A DNA stretch of 64,000 nucleotides. It comes from a virus. Below are positions 58,801 to 64,000 of this stretch, one piece after another; position 1 is the first letter of the stretch; every line of letters starts with the position of its first letter. The notes under the pieces are model-generated. The model ran no database searches and was not told the origin of the DNA. It worked only from the letters and a program-made list of their open reading frames with translations. Where the stretch lies: IMG/VR virus record IMGVR_UViG_3300010400_000003, positions 11,286 through 75,285 of that record; one strand, 5' to 3'. A program made the translations under genes and the position numbers.

Positions 58801-60124
58801 ACCGTGGTTCCGCACGGCTGAGGACCGGGCTACCCGCAGCGTGGAGTCGGCGGTGTTCAGCACGCTTGGCGCGTTGTTCATCGCGCTCGTGTTGGCCGGC
58901 TACATCGTCGTCCGCAACCGCTGGCCGAAGGATCCAAAGAAGCGCGACGAGTGGGAGCGAAACGGGTGGAAGCCGGGCACGGTCGCCATCCAAGTCGGCG
59001 ACGGCAAGGAGATCCCGGTTTCGATGACCGTCGGGCCATTTGCTCCGCTCCGTCCGTATTTCGCCGCAGCCGGGTCGTTGCGCGATTCGCTGGACCGGAA
59101 GGCAGAGCAGCAGGCGGCGCTCGACGCCAAGGCGGCAAAGTTCGGGCTAACCCCCGGCAAAGCCAAGGGCCTCGGTCTGGCCGACGCGATGGCGCTGGCG
59201 GTGGAGACTGGCTGGGCGTCCATCATGGGCGGACGGACGGCGAGCGGGTTGATCGGCTCGATCACCGACTACGGGACGCCCAATGCGGCCAAGAGCGTCT
59301 CGGCCGCCATCAGCCCTTACGTGCCTGGCTTGCCCGCCATTCAGGAAATCAGCCGCATGGCCGGGGTGATGCTCGACCAGAACAGCGCGACGGTCGCGGA
59401 TTTCCTTGTCCCACTGCCGTCCAGCCCGCACGCCAAGGTCAACGTGTTGGGCGACCCTGCGGGCACGCCGCACGATTTGCAGCGGATTGTTCAGGTTTTG
59501 ACCGGCGGGACGTTCCCCGGCATCACCGAGAACGATGCCGGGAAGGCAAATTCCGCCTACGCCGCCTTGTTCGGCAGCGGCTACCGCCCGCCGGCAGTCA
59601 GTCCAAATCAGGGCTATCCGATCGGCGGCGAGTTCCGCCCGATGACGCCGACCGAACTCGAAGCCTACACCGTTGCCCGAGGGCAGGCGCTCAAAGAGGA
59701 GCTTTCGGGCGTCAACGTCGAAGGCTTGCCTGAAAATGAGGCACGGAAGGTCGTTCAGGCGGCCTACCAGCGTGCCAACCGGACGGCCTTGGCCTCCGTG
59801 GGCGTCAGTGTGCCCGCCAGCGCGGCGCGCGCGGCGACGGGTGTTGGCGCGTCCGGAGCGCAAACGCTCGCTGGCGGCCCTGTGGCGACTCGGGGATTGG
59901 CCGTTCCGCGTGGAACGTCCCGATTAGGCCCGGCGCGTGGCAACGCGACCTTGCGTTTTGCACGAACTCCGTCCAAAGGATTGCGTTTGCCGTCCCGTAG
60001 GGGTTCGCTCCGACTTGGGTTCAGGAAAGGCCCGACGGTGCGGCGGCGGGGCACGTTGCGGCTACCGTCGAGATCGTCGGGTGGGTCATTGAGGCTGCGG
60101 AGGCCAAGTCTAAGGCTTGTGTGA
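49877..60124 (+). CDS. Giant polyvalent/internal virion protein (3415 aa) with zincin and ART-like domains
   Basis: HEFVH...EFLAE at about 55178-55325; AYHGTP..IGTGEGAQVYGWGLYF...NYVIFDD at about 55580-56400; helical C-terminal region. Confidence 0.85.
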   Translation: MAQAPTDVSDLGVIEKRSPLPDFSDLGVIEPVAQGAPDFSDLGELEPRRIEPPADLSGVKDARAPIFLGRDYQVVEPYRDPNAALRADTTGPVGRTLRFIGQKLEPITPKRTAFPFLNAADLAAGDFRHMLGDYDPETGEVSNSQFLPDAPAPTWAKVATGAERGVAQVAGAAMPWVIAGPLVGGATRLPLAARTVSAVFAADMIRQLPDQVQVFLDAVDKGDTQTAVQAGVGGSAGALLASLALYHAVAPTKVPRLDALGNPIIDPATGEPAFDTRGIAQESPAIRALLTRKITTEYTPEQIKEVYSRVNLGQANPAEQELVRFINSALERPGEAVRKGATVTEAFPRIENEFWRKFLGLKEGERTVTIAGEKPAQPTGGPSAVNPVSESGGVQSESARTLQIGKENEQTKPRDRVPSPAGQPPERPNAPAQAAQAPVSLTRDAAIKELRLEGVTQADAEALVDGKKTVKDVVEGNFKITPSRVVGEEQGHDEAFVEGYNQAIERLSNIVRKSKPALPSSATKETPPAAEPIKTTPPPPVKPPGDAIESRSPEDQARSAEAGKDMVRLGQLEGLESAGMLTTSKRSELEALRAKIKAAPKPTTNPELKPEELVSEPAAPEVKPAEPPVVAGGTPPVAPTPTEESILAPRSEQIQSAPAEHVRAFEELRNITIDFNNKKLSRKKRDALIPRAQELRSELSRAGYTPDQIKDVEMGKRGVPLPESAPAAPAQAPAKPEPLDTLGNPESFYATKSLMGAQMRRSPKLAAAMKFYGVKTVKDLNRLATRRFAEMREREAVKETSESHTQVKPTPLNQNVQTGENLNQPFVAEILQAVAADPYALTKNITRNQQDEGYTDRLRFKSGSQEYIALLRPEKRNTGSRAMFNHPEQLDVFHSSDTAMTRRLARIDFSEISKPAIAEVLPAPPVVKESLTTAAPVAEPEPKPAVPKPQAPPPPPKKPTEAPPVAPVEERSETLADRMRGQRSATIGTVTSDAGVFSMSVRPDNSAGGLSVVLSNKEGSQSIRMNYRYDMTLADLRKSFQEYLNIDNPGKFTVEISQPKPAPTEAAPLTLKQEWKRQLKEKKSIRYKTATDEKAIERLKAKIANDPSKWSAGDGVGYRVNSGRGTQVNRGFRIVDADRDAETVTVRQVADTGLTSSGGNYDTIRDQVIDMVDLVRDNKYTLQPSAAPAIAPAVEEKSREQLIREEIERAIPALEDQLADIKRRRKEVRAQFKGQKPISTFNRTTPRIARGQEFQRALDNLDMEESGAARGLEQYRKRLAEIQTAESAAKGYSIGEPIIVERSYGVDATVHKWPGNKVTITARPDLDVSVYKAKSGWIVNANGISVGKSRKGVGSIGFDTPQEAVENYLATLNKTPEVKAATSPNADMAGGEYAVDFESASGDRIKLVVSSEKYADLSDEAKEMVDRAYKTTLEFNEKDFIKWEKIKQGKSKVTVTERIEGSGKSRQSVTLDSPEVEFGSWAKRTDLHDAKFNPKGEALRDKLFSEREAEAKSKADKEAADRAEYERKAKEFRDYSETVSQTPLPAGKKTTLEITSKEGVKSQLEGTRYGDWFIHKVGPVGHGRYADPVVYKVSHVASGLGVSDKGLPTLENAKNYVRALIHANVRADFKQASDLSKEEHKAISEVARAWVGGGDVPSYFKPAPPTTLPLEGWDTTGPGEDQADTRYEDLLRSGTDAATMLDAMEANAENGFEYALIQKLKSLGLKTTVRMGAVNESPSPTTTGYYGSDKDEILVFERATNRQKVLLHEFVHAATAQAVADSPAFRLELEAMLQEARAAIGTSSYGTRNVYEFLAEAFSNPGFQERLDSIGGKQSLWQRFLAWLRRIFGIKDKDASLLERVIRRSAAEFRAPRNTLVASNAVTTLQPGLVRIGGAKQFPAVTAYHGTPHEVDQFTTAKIGTGEGAQVYGWGLYFAENPEVGRYYKKGYGNMEVDGKYIAVPLYADLESGKVKPTPEIYAAKAVHSSGASAIHDLESSHDTFPDRVAAAGAIKLINEGRVKPAEGNEYTVTLNAEPDELLDWDKPVQQQSEKIQNFVLDTLARRDVNFWNQNPTGAELYRRLQGEFRYGDDPRVGPREASEELRSLGIKGIRYADQGSRNINVIKGSGGKYPQDYWLAQDTRDYATPAKVFFSESEAEAWAASQRTYNYVIFDDKDITITHRNGQQVTPSEMAGAQGGQTIFPMEEAVPEGGRPVVNGEELAGDEHVQIAGVDYTILGKEKITPAQLAAAAERTRELFQKDLKLPGVPDRSYGKKQGATDTNVVFRIVPDGQNHDEAGQRLIEHFTEQVKQQFQPGGDPAYVSQLANAIKKNFVLGNWNGVLSESVMNDLVERAAADASFKGQLLRAQTGIQEDVQTVARNAPFFLRRIYSERFGGENVNAVLEKLLTQFRDLLTDQEIADAMNGAPALAKALNKVTGNRAAEILRRIFASPFDSQKQVRQKLVTILQDELKVSRAEAKAIGDLFDDAFTTMFNRIAQASLAMIEKAMTARDRQVLGFGRRRGIWQRIKDAVNKGNFNAAYVLQRQADSQRWNIPTEADLAKVRAMAEEIDRLLQIPERRVREIGDNPAELERERVRQRDATSEMRVELKRKIESYWSRWTLPLTPRNPKGRANIVSAIYEHTAAVLLLKPGFITRQTIDVSNNALLHIPFRALGHAIVLHGGFKANATNKEFWDDANSLFKQAARVQIQALPAALREFKEALKGTAEIKNVDRLLSGIALFERVQMKADELQAAGNTGQAFLLRAYGLVRFSYRFASALDNLQGVPQEWQEIRSQAYRFFRENGMSIAEAKTAADRIVPDLRSEFLKALPESKRILEAGLEPYGRTPTIAQIEAGAFHIVKGMAYLRMQEAGMPADDFESRNRLMRSTNAWNESMAGVASLGGVVSTGMKKLGEVGQAVPVPLGLMFGAFGRFGNAIGTGIDRALTMTPMGMVPAAFGVRDEYIDAETGLSSKGSPWFRTAEDRATRSVESAVFSTLGALFIALVLAGYIVVRNRWPKDPKKRDEWERNGWKPGTVAIQVGDGKEIPVSMTVGPFAPLRPYFAAAGSLRDSLDRKAEQQAALDAKAAKFGLTPGKAKGLGLADAMALAVETGWASIMGGRTASGLIGSITDYGTPNAAKSVSAAISPYVPGLPAIQEISRMAGVMLDQNSATVADFLVPLPSSPHAKVNVLGDPAGTPHDLQRIVQVLTGGTFPGITENDAGKANSAYAALFGSGYRPPAVSPNQGYPIGGEFRPMTPTELEAYTVARGQALKEELSGVNVEGLPENEARKVVQAAYQRANRTALASVGVSVPASAARAATGVGASGAQTLAGGPVATRGLAVPRGTSRLGPARGNATLRFARTPSKGLRLPSRRGSLRLGFRKGPTVRRRGTLRLPSRSSGGSLRLRRPSLRLV
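51024..51200 (+). CDS. Small basic phage protein nested in the +1 frame of the giant gene
   Basis: AGGAGG 5 nt before GTG; MPLIQSASPAAFKANLHELSKSGKRTNKQNLAIAF resembles the MPLxK..S..NI.E....QA.AIA small phage protein pattern. Confidence 0.65.
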   Translation: MPLIQSASPAAFKANLHELSKSGKRTNKQNLAIAFRVQRGNRPKGRTLRLKPRKRLSA

Positions 60125-60511
60125 TTCTGCCCGCCTGAAGAATGCCTCGCGAACGGCATCGAACTGCTGCGCGGTGATCTTCCTGATCTTGTTGCGAGGT
60201 TCAATCCCGGTCGTCACCCAGCACTCGCCCGTGTCCGAGAACCGCGTCACGCATTCGTGCCTGGCCACACCATCAATGCAATCGGAAACGCACTCGTAGG
60301 TTATAGCCGCGCAACGGGTCTGAATCCAGAACGGAACTTTGGAAAGATCAGGCGAGGAGGCTGGCTGGTCCTTCAGTTGAACCATCCCGAACAGCGTGCG
60401 GATTTCCGCAGCGAGGTCATGTCTCCAGCTACCGACGGCTTTAGGATCGCAGTCCTCCAGCAGATCAACCAGCCATTCAGCTTCATTGCGCGTCAGTTCC
60501 AACGCTCTCAT
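60110..60511 (-). CDS. Hypothetical protein
   Basis: MRALEL start by ATGA overlap; converges on the giant gene. Confidence 0.6.
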   Translation of the reverse strand: MRALELTRNEAEWLVDLLEDCDPKAVGSWRHDLAAEIRTLFGMVQLKDQPASSPDLSKVPFWIQTRCAAITYECVSDCIDGVARHECVTRFSDTGECWVTTGIEPRNKIRKITAQQFDAVREAFFRRAESHKP

Positions 60512-60825
60512 AGCTGAATCATCCCGCCGGCGTCCAGGACCTCGCGCATCTTGTCCCACTTCGCCAGCGCGTCGGTGCGGATCTTCAGGTGAGCAACCTC
60601 CTTAACCGTCCGCTCCCGCCCCTCTCGAATGGCCTCCATGATGAACTCGGGCGTCTTGTCTCCCACCAGCACCTTGTTCTTGAACTCCATGTAGATGCGG
60701 AAGCAGCGTTCCATTGCAACGCTGACCGGATCGGCGACCAGCGGCGCGGGCTTGCCGTTGGTCATCATCGCCCGCATCTGGCGCAGCGTCTCGGGTTCGG
60801 TGTCGGACTTGCGGTATTTGCTCAT
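60508..60825 (-). CDS. Hypothetical protein
   Basis: ATGA-coupled. Confidence 0.7.
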   Translation of the reverse strand: MSKYRKSDTEPETLRQMRAMMTNGKPAPLVADPVSVAMERCFRIYMEFKNKVLVGDKTPEFIMEAIREGRERTVKEVAHLKIRTDALAKWDKMREVLDAGGMIQL

Positions 60826-61886
60826 GCTTCGATCAGTTCAGGCTTTCGCTCCGACACAGATTGGCGGGTTGGGCCATCGCAGTAAAGCGCGGCATCGCAT
60901 GGCGCCGGTCGCTGGTCGCAATGGGTCATCACCAGCTTCCACGGATTTCTGCCGGCGTCGCCAGCGCACCGCTCGCGAAGCTTTACCGAATCCAATGCAG
61001 CAAAGCGCAATGCACCTTGAAAGCGGTTCTTGTGGTTGGTTTCGTCGGCGAAGGACAGCGCGGAATCCTCTCTTGGCAGTGGCCCGGCGCCGTGGCGGGT
61101 CAGGTAGCTCCGGGAGACGTACCAGATTTCCTTCTGCGTGATGCCAGCTTGGGCGCACAACGCCTCGACGTTCTTCATCCCCGTATGCGAGTGGCTGACG
61201 TGGGGGAAGAACTCCTTGTTGTCTTGATCCAGCAGCAATCCCTGTGCTCCCTCGAAAACCGGGTCTTTGCACTGACCGATGCCGAGCGGATTGACGAACT
61301 GCGCGAAGTCTTGGCAGCATTCGATGAACGCCGCGATGCCATCGGGCGACTCGATAGCCGCGCCACACCGGTAGCGCGCGTACGTCCCGCAGATTTCCGC
61401 AAGCTGCGACTCCAGCCGCGTACCGCCGTTCCACAGGTCGGCCATCGTGATCTTGAGTTCGGGAATTTTCGAGCGGCAAACGGTTTCGTGGCCGCCGACT
61501 CCGCAACTGCCGTGCCTCTTGTCCCCTCTTGCCAGTTCCTTCGCTTGGTTGATGAGCATGTCGGCGAACGTAGTCACCAGACACTCCGGGTGGGCGTAAA
61601 CTTCAGGATGAAACCCGAGTTCGATCAACTGCCTACGTTCCTCCGCAAACAGAATCGGGTTGCAGATGAAGAACTGCGATAGGAAAGTCGGCACGCCGCA
61701 GAACGTGCCGCTGCCGATGTGCCGGAACACATGCCGCTCGACTTCTGGCGTGACGACCGTATGGCCGGCCTGGGCGCCGCTGTTGAAGCGGACGACCATG
61801 CCGGCTCCTTGCGAGCATAGCCAATCGGTGACGAGGCCCTTCCCCTCGTCACCGAAATTGGCGCCAATGACAACGCGAGCGATCAT
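60822..61886 (-). CDS. Divergent adenylosuccinate synthetase-family protein
   Basis: GANFGDEGKG, RFNSGAQAGHT, FEGAQG, TRHGAGPLP. Confidence 0.9.
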   Translation of the reverse strand: MIARVVIGANFGDEGKGLVTDWLCSQGAGMVVRFNSGAQAGHTVVTPEVERHVFRHIGSGTFCGVPTFLSQFFICNPILFAEERRQLIELGFHPEVYAHPECLVTTFADMLINQAKELARGDKRHGSCGVGGHETVCRSKIPELKITMADLWNGGTRLESQLAEICGTYARYRCGAAIESPDGIAAFIECCQDFAQFVNPLGIGQCKDPVFEGAQGLLLDQDNKEFFPHVSHSHTGMKNVEALCAQAGITQKEIWYVSRSYLTRHGAGPLPREDSALSFADETNHKNRFQGALRFAALDSVKLRERCAGDAGRNPWKLVMTHCDQRPAPCDAALYCDGPTRQSVSERKPELIEA

Positions 61887-62791
61887 GCCGATGCGTCGGT
61901 AAGTGCCAGTCTCGGCGTCCGGCTGCGCGGCAACGACTTTACAGCGTCGTAAACCGTTGCGCCCCACTTCGCGGTGACAGCCTTTGCGTCACGTCCTTCC
62001 ACAACCTCGATGGTGCTCACAATGGTTTCCGCCAGCTTCTTGTGGTCGGCCAGTTGAATGACTCGCTGGCCGAGCAGCTTCGTCCAACTGTCCACCACGC
62101 GATTCAAATACGAGCGGGCGTGATCGCCTTCCTTGATGACGATGTGAAACACGTCGTACTTGCGCTGGGCGTCCGCCAGCATCTCGGCTGTCGAAACCTC
62201 GCGCTCCGGCTTGTCTCCGATGAATTGCTTGATCTGGTCAGCGGTCAAATCATTCGGCGCTTCCTCGTCTCCTACCGTGAACAAGTAGCCGCGCTTGCCT
62301 CGCTTGACGATGCTGTCGTGCTCGGTGTGGTTGGCCGCGAAGTACCACGGCAGGTTGTAGGACTCAAAGCAGTTCCCGCCGCCGCCGTGTTCCAGGAAGA
62401 TTTGCGTCAGTTGCTCGACGATGCGATTGTCCGCCTCGAACTGCGAAACCTGCAAAGGCGCTTGGTCGCAGTTAGCATCCCCGACCGCCATGAACATCAA
62501 GTGCGGGTCGGTGATCGGTTTGCGGTCGAGGATTTCTTGGAACAGCGTGCCCAGCCCTTCGCGGGCCAGCACGTCGGCGATGATCCCCATGCTCCCAGTC
62601 ACGTCAATGGCGACGATGACCGGAGTGGACTCCGGGTTGTCCGCGCTGTCGCGAGACTCCCGCAGCTTGACGCCTTTCGGGTCGAGGTTCTTGTTGATGG
62701 AGCGCGACGAGTAAATTTCGTCAGTCGCTTTTCCGGCCGTGGTTGCGGCATAAGCGCGATAGGCGCTTGGATTGAATGTTCCTGATCCCAT
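61883..62791 (-). CDS. vWA-domain protein
   Basis: IDVTGSMG (MIDAS), QVSQFE, GGGGN..ESY, GYLFTVGDE. Confidence 0.9.
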   Translation of the reverse strand: MGSGTFNPSAYRAYAATTAGKATDEIYSSRSINKNLDPKGVKLRESRDSADNPESTPVIVAIDVTGSMGIIADVLAREGLGTLFQEILDRKPITDPHLMFMAVGDANCDQAPLQVSQFEADNRIVEQLTQIFLEHGGGGNCFESYNLPWYFAANHTEHDSIVKRGKRGYLFTVGDEEAPNDLTADQIKQFIGDKPEREVSTAEMLADAQRKYDVFHIVIKEGDHARSYLNRVVDSWTKLLGQRVIQLADHKKLAETIVSTIEVVEGRDAKAVTAKWGATVYDAVKSLPRSRTPRLALTDASA

Positions 62792-62843
62792 AGGTTTTGG
62801 TCTTTCTTTTTGTGGTTGTGGTTTTGGTTTACTGTCGTTGAAA

Positions 62844-63155
62844 TTATTTCGGGTTGTAGATCATCCTGTCACCTACCAGATCGAAGTTGCCAACTCGCGC
62901 CGTCCGCTGCCGGGCCTTGCGATCCATTAGAGCCTTCCTCGCCGTCCGATACTCCGCGCTGTAAAAGCCCAACCGCTCGTACCGCGCAATCTTCTTGTCT
63001 GTCAGCTTGCCGCGGCGCATGAACAGCGATTCGCGCCACGCCGAGCGCACGGGCACAAAGCCGTCGCCGTGCTCATGGTCGAATCGGGCGTTGCTCTGCT
63101 CGATGTCAGGGATGGGGAAGTCGTCGGTCACTGCTTTCTCTTTCTCGACGCCCAT
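62844..63155 (-). CDS. Hypothetical protein
   Basis: 103-aa ORF in the minus-strand run. Confidence 0.6.
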   Translation of the reverse strand: MGVEKEKAVTDDFPIPDIEQSNARFDHEHGDGFVPVRSAWRESLFMRRGKLTDKKIARYERLGFYSAEYRTARKALMDRKARQRTARVGNFDLVGDRMIYNPK

Positions 63156-63261
63156 AGGCTTATGATTGCGACAAACAGAATCATCAGTATCGCTTCATGC
63201 ACTTGCATCCTGCGGTTGTAATCGTGCAGGATGTCACACAAAATATCGGCGCTTTCTTGGT

Positions 63262-63498
63262 TCATCGCGTCCTCAGCCGGTAGAACTCCGCCGCGTTGGT
63301 GGGCTGGTCGAAGCTGACGACGTTCGTTCCCGGTAGGGCAATCGAAAGCGTCCAGTCCTTCCAAGTGTTCGTGCCGAGTTGCACCTGGACGATGATTTCC
63401 TCAGACACCGGATCGGTGTAAGTGAGCTTCACGCGCGGCTGGCCGTGTTGGCCGGCCACGATGGCAATGGCGATTATCAGGAGGTTGGTTCGGATCAT
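63262..63498 (-). CDS. Small exported protein ending TNAAEFYRLR
   Basis: Hydrophobic N-terminus; W...TN...FYRL C-terminus. Confidence 0.65.
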   Translation of the reverse strand: MIRTNLLIIAIAIVAGQHGQPRVKLTYTDPVSEEIIVQVQLGTNTWKDWTLSIALPGTNVVSFDQPTNAAEFYRLRTR

Positions 63499-63534
63499 GG
63501 CGTTCTTTCTTTTGGTTGTTTGTTGGTGGTCAAA

Positions 63535-63807
63535 TCATTTGTCCGCATGATGGTGAAATGCGCGCTGAGGTAGTTGGTCATCATCCCAGCCAGCCGTCTC
63601 CACGAGATTCGCCAGCAGGCATTTGGGGCAGCACAGTTCGGCGTCCTTTAGATGCGGGTCGCATTCCACGACATTTCCGGCTTGGACTCGTGACGCCGAC
63701 GTGTCAGACCAGTCGCCAGCCCAGCCGCATCCTTTTGTCTGACAGATGATCTGGTGGCGCATTGGTTTGGTCATTTTGGTGTTTGGTTGAGGTTTTAGTT
63801 CAGTCAA
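63535..63807 (-). CDS. Small zinc-binding hypothetical protein
   Basis: CQTKGCGW...CPKC. Confidence 0.55.
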   Translation of the reverse strand: MTELKPQPNTKMTKPMRHQIICQTKGCGWAGDWSDTSASRVQAGNVVECDPHLKDAELCCPKCLLANLVETAGWDDDQLPQRAFHHHADK

Positions 63808-64000
63808 TCGGGCTATGCCTGTGTCGAGGAAAGCGGCTTCTCCAAGACCTCCCGCCCCTTCGCCGTCAGCCGGAAGTATGGATCTGGCACGAACGACTTG
63901 CGCCCTGCGTATTCCATCAATCCTTGATAAACGAGTTCCTGCATGAGCGGACTGTCGCCGCAGTAAAGCCCGCCAGCGGCACGCTTGAGCGTGTGGTCCA

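Noticed and set aside
60822-61886. PurZ / Z-DNA pathway
   Set aside because: Retains Asp in GDEGKG (PurZ has Ser); no dATPase, MazZ or DNA polymerase seen in the window.
1-64000. Integrase, reverse transcriptase/DGR, CRISPR array, rRNA
   Set aside because: No recombinase or RT motifs and no regular repeat-spacer pattern found by eye; may lie outside the window.

Overview
The window is most of a GC-rich tailed dsDNA bacteriophage genome, probably podovirus-like (no tape measure or sheath; ejection-type genes present). The host is inferred to be Verrucomicrobiota. Bases 1-20.2 kb and 60.1-64 kb are minus-strand early/replication genes: primase-helicase, DUF1376-type initiator with iterons, ERF, YqaJ, RusA, HNH, LPD29, RHH, KH, GT9-glycosidase fusion, and a vWA plus PurA-like pair. 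Bases 20.3-60.1 kb are mostly plus-strand lysis and virion genes: portal, scaffold, capsid, tail, and a 3415-aa polyvalent protein, with the large terminase inverted. The main finding is at 1-1406: an array of four integron-type gene cassettes delimited by five attC sites, with matching core sites and extrahelical bases. Its genes run antisense to the attC sites and their start and stop codons lie inside the attC loops. Every crossover point is an in-frame Asn codon, so shuffling would keep genes intact and translationally coupled to a phage operon. No integrase is in the window. Other findings: a promoter/operator regulon with a candidate RHH regulator, a small gene nested in the giant ORF, and many apparently leaderless promoters. 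All product calls come from reading motifs by eye; no searches were run.
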